A DNA stretch of 63,791 bases, filler included, from Phoronis australis (taxonomy: Eukaryota > Animalia > Phoronida): the NCBI GenBank assembly GCA_002633005.1. It is 7 parts of 7 records of this genome, joined end to end, with 100 filler letters (N's around TTAATTAATTAA, not from the genome) between each part and the next. Parts side by side here need not be neighbours in the genome. Positions count along the whole stretch, not along the records: positions 1 to 17,258 come from NMRA01000005.1; 6 more parts are not named here. One strand, written 5' to 3'. The number at the start of each line of letters is the position of its first letter. Within the stretch, counting starts at the first letter, position 1. The notes beneath the pieces are model-generated. The model saw only the letters and a program-made list of their open reading frames with translations, did not search any database and was not told where the DNA came from. The translations under genes were made by a program, and so were the position numbers. Positions 1-11,696 of this stretch are shown here, piece by piece.

Positions 1-413
1 ATTTTTCCTCACTGAGTGCATTGTTAGCGTACACTCCATTTGTTTATCTCGTGTTATAGGTTGAGTCTAGAGAGGAAGAATGTGGTACAATTTCTTTGCA
101 GTTAAACATTATTGCTGACATTGTCATTGTTTCACATTCAAGAGCTCACTGTGTCATGCTAAAACTGCTTAGAAATTCACAATTTGTTGGTTAGCAACAG
201 ATATATGATACAAGCTGTGATTGCCCTTATACCAAAGTTCCTTTAATGTTAATTGAGAAATTTCCTTAATGAGATTTTGGTGTTCTGTCATACTCTGCCC
301 TAAATTGATGAAGCCTTTCAGAACTGAAAATTGTTTCAGAAACTTGTAATTTAAACAACGCAATACCACTAAATGCACTGTGCACACCATATGATAACTT
401 TTTGTCATTTCAG

Positions 414-510
414 CTGGGCGCATATTTGATTGACAAATGTGATAAAGGACTGCTGGTCACATTCCGTGGTGTACCTATTCAAGTAATCAATGCAACGCTA
501 GTTAAAGATG
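414..510 (+). CDS. Internal exon of a type I membrane receptor (VPS10/SorCS-sortilin-like), juxtamembrane ectodomain
   Basis: tttcag acceptor and G|gtaaga donor; open frame LGAYLIDKCDKGLLVTFRGVPIQVINATLVKD; phase 1 joins the 1629 exon in frame. Confidence 0.75.
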
Positions 511-729
511 GTAAGAACTATGTTCTCCACAAATGCCAAGGCAGTTAACAGGTTACACATTTGAAATTTGCCATGGACGTGATTAAACAGTGGTTATAGT
601 CACTTAGATTTGATTTAATGCATTAATTAAAACACAGGAAGTTGGAGATTTTTAGATTTGTTTGAGAGCAATAATTAAAACTGTAAGGTACTTGGATTTG
701 ACCGCAAACAAAGCGATGTAGTTGAGATT

Positions 730-1272
730 AAGGTAACGTATTGCACGGCTTGAATAACGTCCAAATTTGGCTAAATTTGGAGTATCGTATCTCGGAAATG
801 GCCGATCTGATTCATATGAAACTTTAAGACACTGTTTTATGCACCGACATCTAAAATGCTTTTAGGACATGTTTTAGATTGATCCACTTGTGCAGGAGGG
901 GTATCAAGAATAGGACTTATGTGACTGTGAAAAAAATCAAAAGTTGAATAAAATGAAAACATTGAGATAACTGTAACAGTGGTTTTGAGATTTCATCTTG
1001 AAGATTTATTTCAAACAAAATTTGATCGTGTTATTAGTTCTGATGTTTTGCTATAAAATATACCTTGAAGTTTCCTACTTTGCTTGATTTTACCAAAATG
1101 CCTTCAAGTTAGTCACATAACCCAATCAATTGCAGATTGTTAAAAAGTCAAAGTCAAATTCTAAGGGCTTTCTGCTCTCAGAAAATATATATTTTTACAG
1201 ACAGTTAAATTGTATAGTTTTCTATGTATTTGGCTAAATATACATACTTATCAAAAAGGTCCTACGTAACTT
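730..1272. mobile_element. Degenerate TTAA-associated non-autonomous DNA transposon in intron
   Basis: Left ttaa-ggtaacgta and right tacgtaactt-tag form a weak inverted pair; boundaries approximate. Confidence 0.3.
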
Positions 1273-1628
1273 TAGCATCTGAGTGAGTGCCATTGTAGTG
1301 TGATAGCAAGTAGTCTTCATTAATTCTCTTGCCTTCGTTTTGTCTTCTGATTCTGTTGTTACATGTCACTTAGCCTCTGAGTTAATGCCTGAACCCCAAA
1401 CCCTTTCTCTTAAAGCTTTAAAGGATGTCCTTCATTTTGAAGACATGTTTATGTGTTTAGTGTTAAGGTGGCCAATTCTGATGCGTGTTTTGTTTCATCT
1501 TAAATACTTTCATGGTCCACTCGTGATACAGGTTGGCTGCAGTTCAATTAGTTTGTTGTCAGCAGTTACTAGTGGTGCTTTGATCTCATTACATAGACTA
1601 ACAACATTGTCTGTTCTTTTGTTTACAG

Positions 1629-1749
1629 TCGTCCCCACCCCTGGTGGCAAACATGACAATTCAGCCCACTTGATTGGTGTTTACATTGCCATCCCAGTGC
1701 TGATTGCTGCCTTTGTCATGATTGTGCTAATAGTTCTGTACTATAGAAG
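1629..1749 (+). CDS. Transmembrane exon of the receptor
   Basis: tttacag acceptor and AG|gtaaga donor; VVPTPGGKHDNSAHLIGVYIAIPVLIAAFVMIVLIVLYYR is a hydrophobic helix followed by a basic stop-transfer. Confidence 0.85.
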
Positions 1750-2252
1750 GTAAGAATGCATAACTAAGAGGCAAACTCTACAAATGGCACACAATTATTT
1801 CATCTTGAACATAAAGTTCATATAGGTATCTCAGTTAAATTTATTTTTCCAATAAATAAACTATGCACTACACACCATAAATTAGGATAGGGTCTAGTAT
1901 TTAAGAATTTAACAAAAATTTCAGTCAGTTACGCCTCGGTTACTTCCTCCATCTAGTGTTTGGTCACATTCAACTGGTAGATATATTGCCTGCAACATAT
2001 GAATTAAAAATGCTGACTGCAGTCTTTATCAACAGCGATTTGTCAGGTCCTTGCTAGCTCAGGAGTCACTTCTAAGCTGATCAAGGTAGGAGCTAAAATC
2101 AATTTACAGTTTTCAGTGCTCCCATTTCGGGGGATTTCATCTATGGCGTTGCTGTCGGTTTTCAACTGCACTGTGAAACAGTTGTGAGCTCATGAACATT
2201 CAATGACATCACTGAAAATGTGGAGAGGTGTAATCCTGATTTATTTTTTGCA

Positions 2253-3328
2253 TTTTTATGCGCCCACATATTTATATGTGAACGCATTATGCCGTCATCT
2301 CTGTCCGTCCGTCCGTCCGTCCGGGCGGCGTCCGCTGCTCTATCTTCAAAACCTTTTGACATACGTTCATGAAATTTGGCACATATGTTCCATTCATCAA
2401 TGGGACGGCATGTGAGAACTTTCGGACGAATCCGACTACCGGTGTGCCCCCTAGTGGCAATTTTAGTTTTTTACGCTTACCTTTGTATCTTCACAAGTCC
2501 TTAACGGATTTTCATGAAATGTGGTATGTAGGCACCTTTTAGTGAGATGACGCTATCCTCCCGTTTTCAGATGGATTTGACATAGTTTGCGCCACCTAGT
2601 GGCCATTTTTAGTGTTTTCGAGTCTGTTTTTGTGCGTCCACCCCTCTATCAACCAAACCGCTCAAAGGATGATTGTGAAAATTGGCGTGTATGTGCTTAC
2701 TATAAGGAAGACAGCTGACAATGATTTTCAGACGATTTGGACTACTGTGGCGCCTCCTAGTGGCAGTTTTGTTTTTTTGCGCCCATGGCTGTATCTCCCA
2801 AACCGTTTGCAGGATCTTTACTAAATTTAGCAAGTGTATTTATGTGATGTTGACAACGGACGATGACGACTTTAGGATGATTCTGATTACCGGTATGCCT
2901 CTAGTGGCAATTTTAGTATTTGCCTCTAGTGGCAATTTTAGTATTTTACATTGACCTCTGTATTTTCATAGGTCTTCAGGTGTATACTTTGTGTTACTTC
3001 GTGACTATGAAGGAAAAGTTCCAAGTAGAAATTTGTTTCTGGCATTCTAATGCTGTGCTAATTTCGTATGTTGGTAAATTTGTTTTTAATTCTATGTTTC
3101 TGTGGTGCTTTAAGCAACTGGTGTATAGGATGTGCTTGTATTATGAAGATTACTCACATTTTGCCCCTAGCCTATTGAGGAGATAATGACCATGCCTTTC
3201 CATTTTGCAAAGTACAACATACTACATATATGCCCTCTACTGGCCACTTTATGGTACCAATAAACAACCCTAGGATACCGTATGCGGTGCAATTGTGGGC
3301 GCATTTCAACGCTCTGCGTTGCTCTTGT
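2253..3328 (+). mobile_element. Helentron/DINE-type non-autonomous element (HINE-like)
   Basis: T-run start; subterminal inverted repeat tgcgcccac (~2259) / gtgggcgca (~3295); (CCGT)n microsatellite ~2304-2322; internal ~150-bp units with cctagtggc cores; 3' hairpin caacgc-tct-gcgttg. Confidence 0.7.
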
Positions 3329-4210
3329 ATATAGTGAGATTTACTTCAGAGTGATCATACCTCCAGAATATATACTGTACACACAACATATATGCTATAA
3401 AAAATCTATGTATTCATTTGATGCAATTTGAGGCTCACTTTCAATTATTCATTTTTGTATGATGGCTGTTTATAGTTGTACTCGAACCAGAAAGCAAGTG
3501 AAAGTGAACCCGTGCTTTCAAGTGGCAAGTGATGTTTTCTATCATGTTGTTTACATGTCACCTAGTTGTGTCACCAGATGTTTACGACCCGACAACCGTC
3601 ACACATTGCTTTTGGAAAATGGCAGCAGCTTTGTAGATGAAATCCCTTAATTGAAATGGTAGTGTCAACACAAGCGAATGCATTAGGGTTTAAATGTTAT
3701 TCTTAAAAATCATAATTTGTTTCATTTCTTAGTAGTGTGATAGGGTTCTTTTAAGATTTTCAGTGGTAAACCCCGGCTGCGGCTGCCAAAGATTTGTATA
3801 TAAGTAGGCCAGAGGGAATGTTCACAGCCACTGGTTGTATACAAGGAAGTTTTCTGAAAATGCTGAGGATGTATATTTAGCAAAATGTGCATAGAGGAAT
3901 CATGAAAATTTCCTCAATTTCATGCGGAACGCACATCAGAACCTTAAAATTAATTTTCGATTACTATTAAAGATCTTGGTGAAGAGAACTTCGAGGCCTT
4001 TTCATTTGTGCATTGTCACACCCAAGCGCACTTTTGGAACTTCCTAATTCATACTTAGCCGCTTATTTGGATTTTACTTTTTCATCTACGTAATGCTGTT
4101 TGCCAAATATACAGCCCAAGCTTACGCACAAAAATCTCTGGTCGAGTTGGAGTAAGAACACCGTGTTGAAAAACAGGTCGCTGTATAATCTGTTGACTCA
4201 TTGGTATTAA

Positions 4211-4450
4211 AGGGGCATTAAGGTTATACAACCGAAAAATGCATCTCTGTGATCATTGTTGTGTGGTATAGGTCTCTTGAAGTTATTAGTTTTGACAAAA
4301 GCTTTAAAACAACAAAATGTGTTACGTTTTTGTGATATTATTACAAATTGCCTGTTCTCGCTTTTGTCTATCAGACATTCATTTAAAACAAGGCAGGCGA
4401 TTCCATGTTCAGGCTAATATCAAAAAAAATTTCTTAAAGATAATGCCCCT
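4211..4450. mobile_element. MITE with TTAA target duplication (Kolobok-type ends)
   Basis: TTAA|aggggcatta ... taatgcccct|TTAA: perfect 10-bp TIR with AG..CT termini. Confidence 0.7.
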
Positions 4451-4761
4451 TTAACAATACGAGGAAAATAAAATCAACATGTCAATAAAATATTCAGTAT
4501 GTTTATCATACTAGGTTAACTTTTTTGTTATCTTGCATGTTGTATACATCTGCCATGTTCATTGTTTCCTTATTTTGCTGTTTTGCAGTTATTACTTTCA
4601 GTGCATTCTTTTGATGAATCTCAGGTACATTGCTGCTCTTTTATTGCTAGAATACAGTAAACATTATTGCTTCCTGACAATTAATGCTTGTTAATATTTA
4701 GAGAATGCCATTGGTCTGCTTTTGGTACAGGCCCCTGACATTTTCTGATTTTCCATTTTAG

Positions 4762-4901
4762 AAAGTTCAGTAACCTGCGTCACTATGCTCTCCTGCGACA
4801 GCGCCCCCATGCTGAAAGTCTACTGAACCAGGAAAGTGAAGACGAAGACGACGCACCTCTAGATTTGACCCCAGGTCATGACATCATGCCAGATGATGAG
4901 G
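4762..4901 (+). CDS. Cytoplasmic-tail exon of the receptor
   Basis: ttttag acceptor and G|gtgagt donor; (R)KFSNLRHYALLRQRPHAESLLNQESEDEDDAPLDLTPGHDIMPDDE; phases match both neighbouring exons. Confidence 0.85.
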
Positions 4902-5447
4902 GTGAGTCAATCTTACTGAAGTCGGGGGTTTTCATCTACTGCACTGTTGACATTTTACAAATGCATTATGGGATGATTGTCGGGTTATAAACACAGATAA
5001 CTTGGTGACAGAATTGAAAGCACAGTCTTTTTTGTACGAGTACCACAAAGCATGACAGATGAATAGGAGCTTGAAAATGCATGAATAAATACATAGATAA
5101 GTACCAATTCTTTTGCGTGAAAAATTCTGGAGGCATGCATCGTCCAATCCCAGTGGAGTCAAATCTTCTCTCCTGAAACACAAATTATGAATCAAGTTAC
5201 ACGTCCACAAAGTATCTGTTTTATTTACGAGCTGACAACTGCCCCACAATACATTTGAAAAATGACTTGTGCTGTATATGAAATTCGCCAAATGGTTAAA
5301 GAGACCTGTATAGTTTCATTTGTTTTACTTGAAGCTGGTGTTGATAGTACATTAGCTGCTAGTATTTGAAATGACTTTTGCAAGTAGTTGTTGCCAAAAA
5401 CTATGTTTGTTCATGTATCATGGAGTATTTAACTAATTATGTTACAG

Positions 5448-5527
5448 GAGTACAGCCCACCCTTGTGATGATGACAGGAACTAACGGTGGAAACTCTGAT
5501 GATACTGATGATCCGCCACTCAGTTAG
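5448..5527 (+). CDS. Terminal coding exon of the receptor
   Basis: ttacag acceptor with ctaat branch-like site; (G)VQPTLVMMTGTNGGNSDDTDDPPLS then TAG at 5525-5527. Confidence 0.75.
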
Positions 5528-6648
5528 CAGCCTGACTTGCGTACGGTCATAAAACATAAGTTTCAAACAACAATACAACAATAGTTGTGTTTGGCTAATG
5601 CTGATAGTTTAGTTTATGCCAATGTTATGCTTGTAAAACCCTGTTGTTTTCAAGAGAGTAATAGCAATTCTTAACACTTATTTAGCACGCACTATGGCTG
5701 AGGAGTGAAATTCTGTTAGTTGTTGAAATTTCTCCACAAAAATAAAGATTAAGAACAATTAACTATTAGTAGCACTGTTTGTACTGTGTAGATGTCACAA
5801 CAGTATTGTTGCTTGCACAGACGAGAACCAATGCCAAAATATCTTGAAGTATAATCAAGAAATTGTGTTTTTAGTATCAGTTAAACTGCATAACAGTGAA
5901 TCCCTCCAAGACTGTCTAAAGCATTTGTAGTAACCCAATTAACACAAGATCAATTTGTACAATTGATTTGGGACAGAATTTAGTTGTAAATCGACAAACT
6001 AGTGTTTAAAACTAAGGCCATTGTAATGCTGTGCCTGTCTCCATAAGTGTTGGTTTTCCCCTTTAAAGAAATAGCAATCTTGTGATGTAGACTTGAATAT
6101 GTATTTACTGGATTGCAGTATGTTCCCTTAAGTGGTAGAGAACGTAATGAAAGTCAGCAAATCCATGCATGTACTAACACAATTTCTCCAAAGACTTCTA
6201 TCTTTCCAAAGACCCTAATGTAAATGTGCTTATGAATGCATACTAACTTTTTATATGTTTTACTCAACATGGACTACTTGAGTGCGATTATTCAGAATAT
6301 TGTAAGCAGAGAAAATAATTTACCGGAGGGGAACTGTTGCTTTTATGATAATTTGTAACGAGCCTTTTTCACTGTACATTAACGTTGTGATTGTTAATTC
6401 TATTGTTAATAACATTGTTGCATTTCTGAGTATGGTATGCTGGAGTATTTAATATATAATTGTTTATATTTTGTTATGACAGTGACTATTTATTTATTAA
6501 GTTTATCTAGTGTTCAACATTAAATTGATGGAGACACGTATTATAATACTTGCACAGTACATCTACCACCAAATATTTAGTCAGTTTATAATTACTAAAA
6601 AACTGGTGTGGTCAAGAAAGGTCATAATAACTGGAGTCCGTGTGACTG

Positions 6649-6700
6649 ATTAAATGTTCTTTGTGTTCTGGTTTGTTGACGTTTTGCATTTGATATTTAC
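6649..6700 (+). terminator. Candidate polyadenylation signal of the receptor gene
   Basis: ATTAAA at ~6649 followed by a GT/T-rich tract; other hexamers (e.g. AATAAA ~5741) are also present, so the site is uncertain. Confidence 0.35.
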
Positions 6701-7039
6701 TTTTTGTGTTTTTACAAAGATACAACATGCTTTCCATCAGTTCTGCACTTGTATCAGTTGAGAATTAGTTTGTTGTAGTCGCAGTACATATTTCACGAGG
6801 CAGAAATATCAAGGCTATGATAGCTGCAGACAAGTGTTTTGTTTATTTTTATGAAAGCTTATTTTCGAAATCCACCTCATGAATGAAATTCAATCATTCA
6901 ACTGGTTTCATGAAAATCGTATTGTTGCTTTAAAAACTTGAAACTAACTTTTGATTAAAACAATTTACATTTGTAAAATTGATCACGACTTTTCCTAAAA
7001 ACTCAGGTGAGTAGTAGTTTCTGGGCTTGGAAAGAAGAA

Positions 7040-7250
7040 CAGTTGGTTATGGCTCGAGACTATGCGCGGTGTGTAACATGATCCTTGACAAGTTAACTTG
7101 TATAGCCCAGTTGGTTATGGCTAGAGACTATGCACGGTGTTTAACATGATCCTTGACAAGTTAACTTGTATAGCCCAGTTGGTTATGGCGAGAGACTAAG
7201 CGCGGTGTGTAACATGATCCTTGACAAGTTTTAACTTGTATGGCCCAGTT
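7040..7250. repeat. 68-bp minisatellite, about 3 copies
   Basis: Units start at 7040, 7108 and 7176 (cagttggttatggc...); the first two contain the palindrome acaagttaacttgt, the third has a 2-nt insertion in it. Confidence 0.95.
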
Positions 7251-8957
7251 TCAGTCAGTAAAGAACTGTAGCGTCTTCCTATCCCCAAAAAATAACCTCT
7301 AATTTAACCCAAGAATAATTCGAAACCAGCACCAAAATGTTAATTTTTAAGGACGAGGTGGGTTTATAGAGGCTTTTAACTGATCATAATAAAGATTAAT
7401 TTCTAGTCTTTATTTTGCTTAATTTTCAGAGCCGTTTTCTAATGTGGGCGTGGACTACAACACTTACACCTGTACATAGCGGGCACTAAGTTAGTAGGCT
7501 TCAAAATGGTCAAATTCATGATTATCAATGGTTTTGGTATTTCTAAAAACAATACTAAATATTGGCATGAAGTTTGGAATACCAAAATTCGCTGGGCCAT
7601 GCATCAGTAGTTTCACCCGCTACCAAAATGTTAATTTACAGCAAAGTTAATCAACTAAAAGATATAATTATAAACTAAGATAACAATGATTTCCGGTCAC
7701 AAACGGATCATTTGGTGGCATCAGCAAGGATAAGAATGTATCGGAAGTGGCTGCATAAAGTTTCAATTTCCTTTGGTGGTGCAGGATGCCAGGAACAAGA
7801 CATCTTCCAGACCAATTTGTTAAAAGGTGTATTCGTGTCAAGGCCATCAAAATAGGAGAATGCCCTTTTTAAATGGCAAAATCAGCTGTTCATTATCATT
7901 ACCGATTGTGACATCGTTGCTAATTAGAATTGAAGTCTACGTTATTTATAGCTTTAGTACTACCCATTTTAATAATTTTCACCAAAATTTTCTTTTTAAA
8001 GTGTTTGAAAATTTTATACCATTTACCTTTTTACAAATGTGACTTCTGTTCACATCTAATAGAAGAATACTTAGTACTGATTAACCTCTAGAAGTTATTG
8101 CTATTACATGCTTCCTTTAAGACACACATAGGAGAGTCTGATAGCCAAATTACGCAGAATTACGTTTGCCCTGTACAGACCACTTGCGTGTGACACCTGT
8201 CGGAAAAATAGCACGAAAATGATGCATTTTTAATTTAATTTTTATCACGTTCTTGGGTACTTATAGACAATTGTGTTGCTTAAATGTGGATTTGTCTATT
8301 ACGAAGTCCTGTTACTTGACGCTACGGTGATGCTTATATGTCAGACGTTAAGATGCTTTGTGCAAGTCATTTGCGACAATTATGTCAATTCTAATTAAGA
8401 ACGCTTTACCATAACATTGAGTTACAGCGAGTCGTAACTTAAGCTGGCTTCGAGTTTAACCAACACCAAAAACCACTTCTCATCTGAGTAAAGAACAAGT
8501 TGACAGTTTTAAAGAAGAAAGTGATCTAAATCAAGTAATGTGCTTTGATTGAGAATTGACCGAGACTAAAAACTGCAGAAATAGTCATTCGAAACCAGTT
8601 ACCATGGTCATAAAACATGCAAATAGTTAACTTGCTTGGAGTTTGAAAACATGCAGCAAGTTTTAACGTTTAAGAGGGATTGGACTTTTGGTATACCAAT
8701 TCAGCACACACCCCATAGTTCTAGTACAAATGCCCAAAGTTTGGACATGGAATCTCAAACACATAACTGAATGTTGCCATTCCTGTCAAGTTCAAATTTT
8801 CTGTTGTGCAAAACACTGGAGTTTATATTTTCTTTCATGTGGAACAAGACCAGACTAAATATAGAACTTGTACCAAGGTGCTACATAATGCTGACTTGTA
8901 GAAGCTTTCAATGTATTCAGTTCTAAACTGGAGAACTTTGTTCAAGTTTTCATGTTT

Positions 8958-8963
8958 TTTAAT
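8958..8963 (-). terminator. RPL26 polyadenylation signal (ATTAAA)
   Basis: tttaat on the + strand, ~32 nt downstream of the RPL26 stop codon. Confidence 0.55.
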
Positions 8964-8994
8964 AAATTTACAGTGTCAACATCGAATTCCAGAA

Positions 8995-9117
8995 TTATGA
9001 GGTTTCCATTACAGACTCCTCTGTATGTTTGCCTTTGTCAGCGACTTGTCTTGACCTTGCTTTACGCTCAAGAATCTTCTTGCGATCTTTGTCAAGCTTA
9101 AGTTTCACTATAACAAC
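8995..9117 (-). CDS. RPL26: 60S ribosomal protein L26 (uL24), last coding exon
   Basis: cag acceptor at 9118-9120; [40 protein letters not shown] then TAA. Confidence 0.95.
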   Translation of the reverse strand, partial: VVIVKLKLDKDRKKILERKARSRQVADKGKHTEESVMETS

Positions 9118-9192
9118 CTGTCAAATGAAAACGAAGATTTTATAACTTAAAGTAACTGAAAGTAACGAAACAGACCATCAAATAATATAATA

Positions 9193-9262
9193 GCAGTTCT
9201 CAGGAAGTGCCGCAATTTGTTTCATATCAGTCAAACGGTAATTCCATTCATTATTGAACCAC
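9193..9262 (-). ncRNA. Box C/D snoRNA copy 1 (SNORD65/snR77-type 18S guide), intronic
   Basis: Terminal stem GUGGUUC/GAACUGC; C-like AUAAUGA; guide UGGAAUUACCG; D' UUGA; D box CUGA ~80 nt upstream of the 3' splice site. Confidence 0.8.
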
Positions 9263-10419
9263 TTCACAACAATCATCTATTATATAAAATGCATCGTTTG
9301 CACAAACTGCGTCTCCCTCGCTCCACTACAGACCTTCAATGCACCCGTTTCGGCACTGTCTTGGTCCCAGGTATTGCACCAGCCCAATATTTGGATTCGA
9401 GGTGTTGTATTTTTTTCTCGCGAGTCATTTTTTCGCAGACGCGGAGGGTGGGTGGTCAGTTTCGTACTGGCCTTGGTGACGTCAGTCGGTCGGCTCAACA
9501 GCCTGGGTTACGTCACTCCGTCGACTTAATTTCACTCCCTCCGGCTTCTGTTGCGTATATAATTCATTGGGCCTGTCGCCGGCAAAATGAATGGTGCCTC
9601 ATTAAAAATTTTTTACTCTTCCTTGACTCAAGGAAATACCCAGCTCAACACCCGGGTTATGTGAAATTTCGGTGTTTATAACGGAGCTCTACACACGGCT
9701 ACCTAGCTGCAGTGTGTGTTAACGATAGTCTTCATACAGCTAGCTAGCTAGCTTTCTACCTCAGTATGTACATTTATGATGTAACTTTTGTAAATACATC
9801 TATATAGTTTGTGTACTATACAATATTTTAAATGCATTCTTAGTTTTCACTTTAAAAAATATATGATTACCGCACTTTGTGTTAGGCAAGGTTAAATGTT
9901 CTGGAAAGAAATTTGTACTGCCTGGGGAAAGAATCCCGCAGCCGCACACCTTGACAGAAATTCTTCTTGAAGCTTTGAACAAGGTCTCTTCAAGAAGTAT
10001 TCCTGTCTTTTGTGATGAACACTCAGTTCACTCTTAGGTGTAGCTATTTCCCCTCAGCGTTTCCCACTACCTGCTACACATGCGACAGCATGGGTAACGA
10101 CTATGTAAAATAAATGCAAAAAATGGTTACAAACAACTCATTTTCCATATCAAAAGAATGACAAATATGATTACAACAGAATTTTGTGAACCAGTAATAA
10201 CCATTAATGCTTATAGTTAAAGGTAAAGTGATCAGGTTTTGTTACCCTGATTTGGAACATCTGCCTGAACTAGTATTTGCAAGTAAAGCCGTTTTCACAC
10301 CGAAAAAAAAGTGGAAAAACTTGTTTTTTTTTATTTAAGCTAGAGTATTAAAAACGAGCCGTTGGCCGATCACCACTCGAAGGCAACATAACAAGTCTGA
10401 TATCATCATCCCCACTTAC

Positions 10420-10560
10420 TTTTGAAGGGTGAATGCCTACATTGACAGAGGCACCGTTGGCCTTCTCTCTCTGGATGCGCTCTATGTGAACAACAAACTT
10501 TTTGCGGTAACACTGGACTACCTTGCCAACTTGGGGTCCCTTGTAGTGACCACGGACAAC
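10420..10560 (-). CDS. RPL26: 60S ribosomal protein L26, middle coding exon (KOW region)
   Basis: cag acceptor and gtaagt donor; [47 protein letters not shown], 141 nt. Confidence 0.97.
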
Positions 10561-10652
10561 CTGTTGAACACACCAAAGCACACGTTAGCTCTCTATTGGA
10601 GAACATATAATATATATTACAAACAAGCAACACAACGGGAGAGTTAAATCGA

Positions 10653-10722
10653 GCAGTTCTCAGGAAGTGCCGCAATTTGTTTCATGATGATCAAACGGTA
10701 ATTCCATTCATCCCTGAACTGC
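10653..10722 (-). ncRNA. Box C/D snoRNA copy 2 (SNORD65/snR77-type), intronic
   Basis: Perfect 7-bp stem GCAGUUC/GAACUGC; C-like GGGAUGA; guide UGGAAUUACCG; D box CUGA ~100 nt from the acceptor. Confidence 0.85.
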
Positions 10723-11528
10723 CTTCAACTACAGTACCCCCCCCCCCCAGGCGGCTGGTTGTTAGTCACACAATTGCAACTGAACAAAAAGGGAAACAAT
10801 CTTATTAACCAGAAATCTAATCACAAGTGGTGCAACACACATCAGAATAAAAACAAGATCAATGAAATAAATTCACTTCTTAACAAGACGTAAATACTTT
10901 ATTTTCTTAACTCAGCATCTGGGTCCAGAATCTAATCTACGAACTGGAAATTACTTTCCACATGTTCTGCTATACTTTTTAAGAATTTCAAGATAATTGT
11001 CTACGATTCCATACAAGAGTATATTACGATTTATACAAATGAGTGTCTAATCCAAGTTTGCACTTGACAGTTCAGAGTCAAATTTATAGCTTTAATGATC
11101 AGGCCATCAAGTGCAAACTAGAACTGGACAATCACCAACATAAACCACAGTGTACTCAAGCGCACACTAATAAAATTATCTTTAACTTGCACTAAAGCTG
11201 AACGGCACAATCAAAATACCTGTTGGTTCGATATCGTGTACAGAGATCAGACACTGGGCCACAATCTGAATTGGCCAATCATACATGAGGAACGCATGTA
11301 GGTGACATGTGTCTTGCAAGACTAGTGTATTCCTATTCCCATGCTGGCAACAGTTTCATGACCAGGACATTATAGTACATATGTAAGGGACTTCTACCAC
11401 ACTTGCTTAATATGCTTATGGATCACTTTACAACAGTAACTACATGTATAGTGGGTATGACCTAATTCCATTTTCCAGAACTATCCATTCACAGAGCAAC
11501 GGTTAACATGTTATTTTTCAAAACTAAC

Positions 11529-11696
11529 CTGCACTTCGTCATCCTTTCTGATGGGAATACTTCTGACATTGTATTTGGACCTGAGGTCTTTGGACAGCGG
11601 GGCACTCATCAGCTTCCTGCGCACATGAGAGGGGGCGCTGAAGTGACGCTTCCTTTGCTTCCTCCGGGAGGAGGATACCATCTTGTTGAACTTCAT
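11529..11696 (-). CDS. RPL26: 60S ribosomal protein L26, first coding exon
   Basis: [56 protein letters not shown] then gttagt donor; an acceptor 11 nt upstream of the ATG (exon starts 11707) implies a non-coding first exon. Spliced product is 143 aa. Confidence 0.97.

Noticed and set aside
1340-1628. N-terminal part of the 137-aa ORF
   Set aside because: Intronic read-through; only 1629-1749 is bounded by splice sites.
7040-7250. CRISPR-like array (also 44738-44801 and 45240-45510)
   Set aside because: Whole units repeat with no unique spacers, there are no cas genes, and the context is eukaryotic.
9217-9681. 154-aa ORF antisense to an RPL26 intron
   Set aside because: Non-ATG start, no recognisable motif, and it overlaps a snoRNA and repeat-like sequence.
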